64,000 bases of DNA, taken from positions 11,408,001-11,472,000 of the forward strand of contig CM106585.1 of the NCBI GenBank assembly GCA_048013815.1, written 5' to 3'. The stretch is from Setoptus koraiensis. Lineage: Eukaryota > Animalia > Arthropoda. Positions within the stretch are counted from its first letter, which is position 1; each line of letters opens with the position of its first letter. A program made the translations under genes and the position numbers. A model generated the notes under the pieces. The model was not told the origin of the DNA and did not search any database. It was given only the letters and a program-made list of their open reading frames with translations. Shown in pieces: positions 22,431-33,296 of the stretch.

Positions 22431-24093
22431 ATTACTGATTCGGCTGATTTGACTGATGAAACAACAACAACAACGACAACTGTATCGATCGATAATAGTA
22501 ATTGTTTCATCACCGCAGACTGGCATTTCTGGCTTGGCGTTGGAGCCTTGGAAAGCTAAACAGACAGACGAGATGCCAAATGTGTGTGCCTCTGATACTG
22601 TTGTCAACTTGTTGATCGTGTGCAAATCTATCAATTTTGGCACTTTGCCTATGGACACTTACCCTTGTATTAGTGTGCTAATTACTGACTGATTGATGCT
22701 CGCTGCTTCGATGCTTGTTGACAATTTTCTACAATCTTTCAATTTATTTCTTGAACGTTTCGTATCGTCTCTTGAATTTCAATCTTGCGTCGTTTTCAGT
22801 CTTGCTGCTGGTGTGTTCACTGAGCATCTACGAATAGTTGATTAGGCTGAATTTTGTGCGAGTTTTGTTATGCTGCGATGGTGCCTCCTATCTGTTGCTT
22901 GTTGTTGTCGCACCAACTTAATTGTGTGCCTCTAATTGATCCACCGATGTTTGTTGTAATATAGAAATTGCTGCTTATGGCATTAATAATTACAGCAAAA
23001 ATAATCCTCTCGAATGGTAGCCAGGTAGTAAAATGATAATAATAATCAAGACAAATATTATAATCATGTCGAATCATGGCCGCCATGCACTGCTGTCTGC
23101 GTGTTTGTCTGTATGTCATAGGCGTAGAGGGCAGGGAGTTTCTTGTCCAGTTTTATAACCACTGCTGGCGTGAGTAGCGCCAACCAACCACTCGTCCCCC
23201 TGATGTGTGTAAGTGGCTCCGCTGGTTGTTCAGGTGAAATTTGTTATGTTCAAATGGACGTTGGAATCATCGCCAAGTATAGTGTTTTAGCTCTATGTGT
23301 TGTCTCCTTCTTCGCTACTGCTGTTGCTGTTGAAATATCTTCCGCCCACGACCATCACCTTGCCTATCGGCTGGCCAGGGCTCTCTCTCACTCTCACTCT
23401 CTCTCTCTCTCTCTCAAACACACACACTCAGCTTATAACTGATTCGACTGATTTGACCGATGAAACAACAACAACGACAACTGCGTTGCTTGGTATAAGC
23501 GGTCATTCTTTGAAAAGTTGCATTTGAAATGGCAGTGAAACGTCATCCCACGCATCAACAACCGCAACAAAGGGGTGATACCCACAAACAAAAACACTGT
23601 CACAAGCCATCATATGTGAGGCGCCTAGATTGAACATGTGTTTGTGTGTACAGCCAGTTATGCCAGATAATTCACTAACAACAAAATTGTTTGTAAATTA
23701 CTGTATGTCTAACTAAATGGAGCTTGCCACTGGCACTAACAAGCTAACTTCATACATATTTGTTAGTAGTATTGCCACACACGTATGCACCGACGGCCAT
23801 ACGTCAGACGTGGGCCAATTCAATCCAAAGCGATGCGATAGCGCTAGCATGGTGACACAAAATTAGATAAGTGTCAGCCAGTCAGATACAGTCAGCCAAC
23901 ACGATTGGCCATTGGCGAGACCGATTGCACCTAGGCGCGTCCGGTGGCGCCATCTAGTACTACTAACAAGGTATAACAAGGCTACCTCCTAGGGTGGACA
24001 CCCACAATGCACCCATTATATCCATTATATCACACATTATTATACACAATTTGTGTATGAGAACATGAGAAAAGGCTGATCTCGTTGCCAATT

Positions 24094-24317
24094 TGGTCAA
24101 AAAAGAGTCGAAATTTTGTTAAAGTGGGCTTGTTCAGATGACACTACACAGTGAATTGTTTCCCATTGGCCATGTCACCTAATGACAATTTTAATATCTA
24201 TGAGAAAAACAATCGACATGATATTACTATTATATTATTGTAATAATTGTTGTGGCTTAATTAGCAAATCAGCGACCATCTTGATCTCGAGTATGTCGTA
24301 TCGCTGATAAAGTCACA
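24094..24317 (+). repeat. Direct repeat R, copy 3 ('empty site' version)
   Basis: It has the left flank of copy 1 (gagaacatgagaaaaggctgatctcgttgcc) and the right flank of copy 2 (gatttgtcataatgatatgaataaggt). Confidence 0.85.
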
Positions 24318-24385
24318 GACGATTTGTCATAATGATATGAATAAGGTGGCTGTAAGTTGCAACTTGTAACATTCACGTGTATTAA

Positions 24386-27274
24386 TCACCAACAAGATGT
24401 GGTCAACTTCCAGCGGCGCCTCAGCTGCTCTCTGATTGTGGTGCCCTGTGGAAGAAAGAAATTCCCGTAGCGTGGTGTATGAGCGTTAAAAAATTTCTAG
24501 CAATTGAATATTGAGATGACAATATGAGACGTGCAATTTATCGCTGTACTCACGTGGGCTCTCGCCGTTTTACGACATTTGACATACAATTCCAGTAGAC
24601 AGATCAGAATTGAGCCGCAGCCGCCCAAGAACAACACCAAGAATATTCCGCCAACATTGGCCATGGCGAGCTCCTTGACACTTTCGCCACTTTGACTGTT
24701 GTCTATATCGCAGGCGCCACCACCGCGTTTCTCTTTCCACCAGCGATTCTTTAATATCTCGAGCGTTCCACTTTCTTGCAGGCCTATTATGGCCTCACTC
24801 AACTTGGTCCTGTAATCTCTCTTTCTTGTTGAGTTCTTGGCCAGCGCTATGCCATAGCCTTTGCTGTCCAGCAGGCCACCTATTTGAGTTAAATTGCAAT
24901 TTCGCTCTACAGTGTATTCAATGGAGGCCGATTCCATAAAGAATGCGTAATTTCCTGCTTCGACCCGTCTCTTTCCGTCCTCGTTTGTTTGCGCAAACAC
25001 CATGTCGTCGAACATTCGCCTGTAGGTTGTACCTGGCCGCGACTCCTCAAAAAATACCCTCGTAGAGCCACTCTCGACGCAACCGTATTTGATGTTTTGC
25101 GGATGCCTGTACAACTCTTCGGCCTTCTCAAATGGGGACACCATTTTCTCTACTGTGAGAAATGCAGCCAAATTGGCCGTATAAGACGATATCATGATTA
25201 GTGTGAAAAAATACCATACCGATGCCACCAAGCGAGTGCTCAGCGAACGGGGCGTCAAATCGGAGCCCTGTTGCATGAGGGCGGCTATGATGAACCAGCA
25301 ACTGTTGCCCACGCCGAATTGATTTCGAAGAATTTTGCCATCCTGGCGGCACGGATGCGGATCGCACCACTCGTACGGGCTAATGCGACCCACAAAGAAT
25401 AGCGACAAACTAACGCCAATGTAAGCAATTATCACATATATCCAGACATCGTTCTCAAACGGCGATAAAAACGAGAACAATTTCAGCTCTGATTGCAGCG
25501 GCTTCTTGTACAATATCGATATACCTGTATTCATAAATGGCAATGTAAAATCAACGGCATCCTCGCGCGACGACGTTATACTCAAATCGGCTATGGCAAG
25601 GTCCGCTTTGCCGTCCATTATTTCCTTAATCATTCCGTTCCATTGTTTGTCATTTTCGTCGTATTTGCCATACTTGCCATCGTCCACTTCCTTGAATACA
25701 TAGTTGAAATTGACCAAACGCGACAACTCATCAATTAAATCCAATGCGTAGCCCTCATAGCGGGCATTGCCTGTCTCTTCGCGAGTTGTATGCTTCAACA
25801 TAAAATATGGCTCACTTTTGATTGAGGTCACTATCAGCAGATCCTTCTCTTTATCGGCCATTTGATTGGTGCCCTCATTTTGCAATGCCAGCAACTCTGA
25901 CGCCTCTATCTCCATTCTTGTCTCATTGCTTTGCTGGTGGGTCCACAATCCTATGGGCTTTGGACCTTGTTCCGTTAGGCGCATAATTTGCAGCGAAAAG
26001 TCCGAACGGCGACCCAATTGATCGAACTGAACTAGGCCAGTCATGCCTTTCAGCCTCATTGTTCTCATGTAATTCACTATTGAGCTGCCATATTGCCACG
26101 GTTTAGTGTTATTGCACGATATAGACTTGCCAACATCAATAGATTGGCTCATATCGGCGTCTTGTAGTGTCTGGGCTAACATTTCAACAGCATCATACAC
26201 TAGCGCACTGTCGGTGCGAATTCTTTCCGGTTCTATGCGGATATTTGAATCGAAGAAACGTGAACTCTGTTTGCCGTCAATCTCCTCCAATAGAGTGCGC
26301 ATTGAGTCACTTGTGTGATCTATCAGCTTGAGCCAGACTATCTTGGCTTTGCCATATTGAAAATCCTCTAGATCAAACGATTGAAAATCTTGACAAACAA
26401 TAAGATAATTGTAATTCTCTGCAATGATTGAGGCCTGTTGCGCGTGCTTCAGCATGGTGCGAACATTCTCTGGACGAACAGAAATCATTATGTTGTAAAT
26501 GTTCAATTGTTTCAACGAATAAAATATCTCTCTGTAGGGCCTGTCTGGTTTAAAGCGCCAAACTTTAATGTTGAGCCTAGCCAATTTGTGTTTAGATCGA
26601 AAGTATTCTTGTAGTTGTATCAGCGAGTCGTCGTCCTCATACAAATACACCATATTAGTCCATCGCCAAGCCTTCAACAAGTCAATGTGGGCCTGAGCCA
26701 TTGCCACCCGGGGTACGTCCATGTCTATCGTGAGGCCAGTGGCCGATTGGCTATTGTGATCTGTTTGATAATCAATTTGTTTGTTTACTATATCCGACGA
26801 TTGCATCTCCTTGAGATAGCGTTTGTTCAGAACGAATCGCTTCGACATTATATTCAGATGGGGCACTTCAAGTGTGTCACAAATGCTAGCAATATGATAG
26901 CTCGTTATTGGATTCAACGGGCCCACTATAGCCACTATACCGTTTGATATTAGTTCGCACAATTTCTGCTCGGCGTCCCAACAGTCGCCCTCTTGAATGC
27001 GTCTTATGTGTCCAATTAATTTTGTTCTAGTAAGTAATGATCGTCTATTTGAATTTATCTGCTCTATGGCCCATTTAAACAGAATTCCCTGTTCTATTTG
27101 ATCTTCAGTTAATAGGATGCCAATATTGATTTGATTTGGCAAACAATGCACAACGCCACTAATGTCAGTATCATATCTGATTATGCCCCTAGGATCTAGC
27201 AGTAGCAATACAATTGTTGCAACTATCCAACAGTGGGTCTGGCATAGATTTGATTGAAGGCACATGTTATCCAT
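24386..27274 (-). CDS. Ionotropic glutamate receptor, kainate type; exons 27274-24554 and 24445-24386
   Basis: N-terminal LIVBP-like domain (GIVAIVGP...CDTLEVPH), S1 (RYEGYALDLI, KADLAIADLSITSSREDAVDFTLPFMNTGISILYKK), pore MQQG, SYTANLAAFLTVE, S2 (YGCVESGST, YAFFMES, GGLLDSKGYGIA), LKNRWW and M4. A phase-0 GTGAGT...ttcttccacag intron (24553-24446) replaces the ORF tail with GTTIREQLRRRWKLTTSCW*. Confidence 0.95.
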
Positions 27275-28223
27275 TATAATAGCAAATATGATGACGATAA
27301 TAAATTTTCTCTTTAGCTACAATGAAATATCTTGATAGCTCATAGCTACACTGTTGCACTATGCAATTTCAGATATTGCTTCTTTTTGATCTTCCAGAGT
27401 TCTGGAGCCGAGAGTGCTTGTAATGCAGTTATGCACATTTGAAATTTATCCGGATTGGTTGTAGTTTCTATTTTCTAGTTCATCAAGCAACAGGGTGATT
27501 ATGAATTACATAAGAATAGAAAATAGTGCAAATTGATTGATCATGTGTGTGTGTGAAGAAAACGCACAAACAATATCCCCACGGATCCCCATGGGCTCAT
27601 TGAAGCACAATCTCGAGCTTCAAATGAGCAAGATGCGACGATGGATCAAATGTCTATTCTCTAGACGAGCGGTTATACTGAGAACTGGGATGGTTCAAAA
27701 CTGATGAGCGCTAACGAAGCGCCTTGCCGCATCAGGGGTGTTCTAGCGAAAGATATTCGCGACTCGTAGCATAACTTAGAGCGATGACTTCGTTGTGTAA
27801 TACAAATAGTAAACAACAAATGGTGAATGCAAGCTACGATTCGTCGATGCACTATATCATGGTGACATTGTTGGCCATGCCTGACCATTTGATAGTGAAA
27901 CAAAAATATTGAAGTCTGTATCAAGCATGGATTGCAAACCCGGATAGATGAAATCAAAGGAAAGATTCGCATTCAACAAGACATTATATTAACTAAGATC
28001 TTAGATAAGATGAGACCAAGCATTGTTTTATCCAGATGGAAACGAGGATGTAGAGAGTGGTTTTAAAGACTCACTTAGCACCGGTTTTTATTAAATATCT
28101 CCAACTTCGAAAGTCTGCATGTGGTACAAAAGTTTGAAGTTTGATTTCAAGTTACAAGAGTTTGAGTTAATCAACTTGCGAGACTAATACAATGTAATGA
28201 CCTTAAAAGTGATTGGGTTTTCA

Positions 28224-30677
28224 GAGATTGGCCAAGATTTGACTGATTTGCATAGGTCAGTAGGTTAGGTTTGTTTCAATAATCAATAACTTAATCTTCT
28301 TCCTTCTAGTTGGCAGATATGATAAATTCTGTGCATGACTGCACCAGGCGCTAGAGCAATGGTCGAAAGTTCCTTTGATTGGGAAATCCATTGCGCAAAT
28401 ATATTTGGTTCAAATAAGGTAACAACATATGGTCTGATGTGGAGAGAGTTTATAAAACTCTGGCCTCTTTCTTTCCCCATAACCCGTATACAACATTTCT
28501 TCTGATTACCGAATCAATTGTTTAAAAAGTGTTCTAGTTACATAAACATTCAACATAAATATATATCTATATACAATAGCAACAATAATCAACGATGACA
28601 GAAAAATTACAATTCCTTCAATGAGCAGTAACATTCAGACTACTACTAGTCGCGGTACTATTGACATTATTACCATTTCCATTATTGACAGAAATGTTCG
28701 AACTAACAACCATATGGGAAGTAATACCGGGACTAGTACTCCCGATAGAGTCGGAGTTAGAACTATCACTATCTTCTACAAGCATTATACTATTGAAGGA
28801 TGAACTTGCAGTGGATATGGCATCCGAATTAATAGTAGCCGATTGAAGCGGGTCAGTAGTTGTCTTTTGAGAACATTGACTTGATGATGATTCCGTATTC
28901 ATGTTTAAATCATCAGTCCGAGAAATAGCCTCGGTGGCATTGATAGAGCCGGATATATTAGATGAAGTATCATCATTTGAAGAGGTAGTGGATATGCTAT
29001 CGCTCAATGACGACGATGACATGGATGATTCGCCAACAGAATTTGAGCTTGTATCTTGTTTGTTGACTGTTGTTGATGGTGATGACATCATTTCTTTTAG
29101 TCGACATGAACATGGGCGCAACAATTTAGGAAATATAGCTACTTCGTCATTAAGGCCCCGGAATATTATCCCACAGCAAATTTTTTCTTTCTTCCATAAT
29201 GCCATGTCAAGAAACGATGTTATCTTGGAACTATCAGAAGATTTTCTTCTTGATCTATTACCAATATTAGTGGTTGACAGTACTGTTCCACAAATCGACT
29301 CATTGGGACGAAATTGCTGACTAGATGTATCTGGTGCTTGACCAGAGGAGGATGTGTGAGACCAAGAGTTTGAGTATGATGCTTTCTTGGCCATTCTTGA
29401 CGAAAATCTCAATTGTTGTTGTTGTTGTTGTTGTTTGTGTATTGCGCTATGTTGTTCGTCAATATTTGAAACATCTCCTCCGCCACTTCTATATCTACAA
29501 CTATACAAGGGTTTTCTTTTGCTCCTATTATTGATATTTCTGGCATTGTTATCAATTTCCAGATCGTCATCATCATCATCGTCGATATTGTTTAAATTCG
29601 AATGTGAGGTATTTGTCATAACACAATCATTATAGACATCCACTGTACCGGTAGTTGGAGTTCTTTTATATCTATTCAAAATAATATCGGTATACTTGCT
29701 AGTGTTATTGCTATTGGCAGTTAGTAATTGCTTATTGCTGTTGTCGTTGTCAGTGTTAGATAAATTATTGGAGGCCTTCTTTTGTCCAAATCGCTTACTC
29801 AAGCTACTCTTGAGCTCATGGCCAGTGTCATCATCTTCTTCATCTTCGCCTACTTCACAATGGCGATTTACTTCGAATTTCGAAGACGAAAGATATGTCA
29901 GCTTGTTGGTATTGGATTTACTTTGTCTGCCGACACCGTTGTAAGTACGATTTTCGCGACTCATTGACACGTTAGAAGATGATTGTCCATTTTGTTGTCG
30001 TTGATTGTGTTGTTGTTTGGTCAAGGAAGATTTTGTTCCTGGTCCGGCTCGTGCATCGACAACATGATGCCAGTTTTTAACGCACCTGTTCTCTGGAGAT
30101 AACTTCTTCCAACGTTTGACAAGTAAAACACAAGCATTACATATTTCACCCGATCGTTTCTCTTGGATCTTGAAGCATCTCTCAAATTCAGCTTCGTATT
30201 TTTTGCTATCAGTAAATCTAGAGCTGGATGATTTTGCTTTGCAAATGCAACAACCAGATAAAGATCTGTATATTTTTGGCTTGTGAAAGCTAAACATTTT
30301 GCTCTTTATTATTTGTTCACTTGGATTATTTTGTAGGCGCCTCACGAGGCTTTAGAGCAAATAACAAGTGTGCTGTATGTTGTCGTCGACAAACAAGTAA
30401 ACAACTTATCCGATGTATCTAGTATGTCTAATGATGCTATCATTCAGCGTGGTAATGATTGTGATTTGACCTAATTTTTCTCTATGTCCGTTCAATCTGT
30501 TTTGCAAAGATGACAGTTAGGAGTGTAAATATAAATCCTATAAAAACTGTTTGGAATTGTCGTCACCTGTTCACTTTTTCTTGGTCTATTCTGTATCCAT
30601 TCGATGTTTGAAATTCTGATTGAGGCATAGTAGTTTCTCTTCGCATATTTGCACTTCGTCTTCGAATCACTCAATGA
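28224..30677 (+). repeat. Segmental duplication unit, copy 2
   Basis: See copy 1 (971-3420). Confidence 0.9.
28618..30297 (-). CDS. SINHCAF: SIN3-HDAC complex-associated factor (FAM60A family), copy 2, 559 aa
   Basis: Same FAM60A signature; the protein is identical to copy 1 from the ATG onward. Confidence 0.93.
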   Translation of the reverse strand: MFSFHKPKIYRSLSGCCICKAKSSSSRFTDSKKYEAEFERCFKIQEKRSGEICNACVLLVKRWKKLSPENRCVKNWHHVVDARAGPGTKSSLTKQQHNQRQQNGQSSSNVSMSRENRTYNGVGRQSKSNTNKLTYLSSSKFEVNRHCEVGEDEEDDDTGHELKSSLSKRFGQKKASNNLSNTDNDNSNKQLLTANSNNTSKYTDIILNRYKRTPTTGTVDVYNDCVMTNTSHSNLNNIDDDDDDDLEIDNNARNINNRSKRKPLYSCRYRSGGGDVSNIDEQHSAIHKQQQQQQQLRFSSRMAKKASYSNSWSHTSSSGQAPDTSSQQFRPNESICGTVLSTTNIGNRSRRKSSDSSKITSFLDMALWKKEKICCGIIFRGLNDEVAIFPKLLRPCSCRLKEMMSSPSTTVNKQDTSSNSVGESSMSSSSLSDSISTTSSNDDTSSNISGSINATEAISRTDDLNMNTESSSSQCSQKTTTDPLQSATINSDAISTASSSFNSIMLVEDSDSSNSDSIGSTSPGITSHMVVSSNISVNNGNGNNVNSTATSSSLNVTAH

Positions 30678-33027
30678 AAATCTCTCTCTCTCCCTCGAAC
30701 GGATGTTCTGTCACGTTTGTTCTGTCCGATTTGACCTATTAATTGACGTGTTGTGATGACTACAATTGTACGCTGAAAATAATCACTGGCAAGCTTGTGA
30801 GATTGAACTTCCGTGTGTCTACTCGTTCAATTGGTTGATGGTGTCTATGTCATTCGTGTATATATATAAATATATATATATTATACAGCTTGCAGGCAAA
30901 CACAACAGTCCGAATCGCTCCCAATACAATGGTGGCTTCACTCGCCTCGATAAGTGCCTCAAAGTTCGTTTACAAGTCTAAGCGTAACACCACCCGGACT
31001 GGGGCCACATTAGACACTCAAAGACAGCCTTTGCGTGGGTGGTCGAAGAGGCGCACGCGCATCACCATAACATCGTGTCAAATTAGGTCATCGTGACAGT
31101 AACAACAAACACATGCTCGCTTGGGTGGCATTAAGAGAAAGTAGTGGAAGGGTATACTAATGTACATTGGGCGAGCACCACACGGATTCTCACCGAATGG
31201 CTGATTTAGCTCGTTGAAGTCCGCTCGAACAGGAGGGCGCCATCTCAATCGGACTTCCTGCAATACTGTGAAAGGTCTCTCAGACGCCACTAGCTTGTGA
31301 TGCGTTGAAAATTTTCCCGGATAGTGACCAAGTCTTCATTGGATCCTATAGGATAAAGATTCATGAATAATGCCCCACGTATCGAGATTGTAATGAGTGA
31401 GTATCCATGAATAGCCAAAGTCATTGGCGTGCCGGACCGTGCTTACACACCCACTAACACTGCGCGCTATGTCTCGCGCAATCCAATCTAGCCCCAACAA
31501 CTAGGCAGAAAAATAGTCTCGCACCTTTTGTTAGCAAACGTCTAGCTGGAGACAGCCAACTAGATTATTAGCAGGGGGACTATTATTAGATGAAGGGTGT
31601 CCAGAACAAGCGAGCTATTTCCTTCAGACTATGCTTAATAGATTACGACATGACATGTCGTCAAAGATAACCATTGTGTAACTCACCACCCAGCGATTGG
31701 TACGCATGACATACACGTTTAGTTTCCGGTTGACAAATAGCAAGTTACAATAATGATACAAGTATCATGAGAGCTTAATTTCGGATAATTTTTGGTTCTA
31801 GTCACGACCGACCTTTTGGGCCTCTTCTCTGACCTCCTCTCGGCCCAGACCTCGGTCTGTGCAAGGTTGGTATGTGGACCCCATCGGCTGTATCATCTTG
31901 AGAGCTAACTTGACCCCACTCGAAGTCCTGGGGTCCGGTGGGACAGCGTCCTCGACAAAATTATAGCCATTTTCGACACAGCGTATAGCTTATTTGCCTC
32001 CTGAGCTGTAAAATGAACCCCAGAATATATTATTCGTGTCTTGTTAGTGAATTTCAGCCGTTTTGGCCCCATTTGGGCGTCGGAGCTGCCTAGACCTGGC
32101 GTGCCCACTGCCCAAAACCGCCCAAGCGCTAGGCATGCCCGGCTGCTGGCAGCGCTACTATACTACTGTAGTTGTCAGTAGCAGTGCATCCATTTTGAGA
32201 GTGGCGACCTCTAGTGCGAGACAATGACAATGGTGAATCAACATTGAATTTGGCGCTCTATGGAAGTTTAGTGTAATACAGCGCTGCCCGCTGCGGTGTT
32301 TCACAGGGAATGCTCACAGAATGTTTGTGTGTGCGTGTGTGTGTGTGTGTGTGCGTGTGCGTGAGTATGTGTGTGTGTATTTGTGTTGTTGCTGCTGATT
32401 ATGCTTTTGTTGGATCGCAGGGGGAAAGAACACAGCGCGTCAAGTTGAACAAAGGCACCGGAATGGATCTAAATGTTCACAGATGAGACGAACAGGCTGT
32501 CAAGTGATTCAGGCTAGAAAACAAGCACTGAATGGGGGAGGAAGCGAGTTTGAACTTTCGTCATTTATAATGGGTGTGACAGACAAGTTTTCTAATTCCA
32601 CTATTTATGCTACATGACTTCAATAGTGCATCTGGGGGCATAACTTGTGCGGCCGGGCACATGCGCCAGCGTTGCACAGACTGTGACTTGGTCATGTTAG
32701 AGGCACCGGGTTGTGCATTTTTGTTAGTCAAGGTACAAGGAACTGTGCAAGTGGACACTCGAGTCCACAATGTGTTATATGTATCTTGCGATTTTTGACT
32801 GTAACACCCTGACTAAAATGTGCACACAAACACGACGAATGTCGTTGGCAAAACACAGACAGACAAAAATTCATGTGTGTATCTAAGGCACATGCACTCG
32901 TCGTATAGTTGTTTTAACAGACGCACGCACCAGGGAACTCACACACATACACACAGACGGACGGACGGATTGAAAATTTTAGCGGAGTCAAGCCACAGTA
33001 AATATTCGCCATCGTCTTGATCCGTAC

Positions 33028-33115
33028 GTTATTATTATTATTATTATTACTATTATTATTATTATTATTATCATCATTATTATTATTATTACTATCACAT
33101 TATTATTATTATTGT
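33028..33115. repeat. (TTA)n-rich microsatellite upstream of lingerer
   Basis: Read directly from the sequence. Confidence 0.9.
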
Positions 33116-33296
33116 ATTTGCCATTATTATTACCAAAAACTGTATTATTATCATTATTGTCAACAACTATCTAAGATATACTATAATAACAACAATATTC
33201 GATACCACAAGAGAGAAAATTTGTTGTATAAATCACACATCGTTTTATACAACGACATCACACAATAAACAAAATCCAAATTTTTACACATAAGCC

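Larger units (their letters stand above)
21320..24347 (+). repeat. Patchwork duplication assembled from pieces of the 5.8-16.2 kb region
   Basis: Order of source blocks: 9590-11345, (CA)n, 5858-6490, 9120-9400, (CT)(CA) plus a 5860-5910-like block, 11890-13292, 16187-16216. A 38-nt piece of 20412-20449 is inserted. Confidence 0.85.

Noticed and set aside
21360-24317. The shortened duplicate as a processed (spliced) retrocopy of 9590-13292
   Set aside because: The missing segments I examined are not bounded by GT..AG on either strand, there is no poly(A) tail, and the block order is shuffled.
24497-24553. ORF-track C-terminus of the kainate receptor (VSTAINCTSHIVISIFNC)
   Set aside because: It begins with a GTGAGT donor and an in-phase acceptor and terminal exon exist downstream, so it is read-through into the intron.
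30890-31096. Possible LTR-retrotransposon (gag/pol) relic
   Set aside because: Only a vague peptide resemblance; no RT, RNase H, integrase or zinc-knuckle motif, and no LTR pair or PBS.
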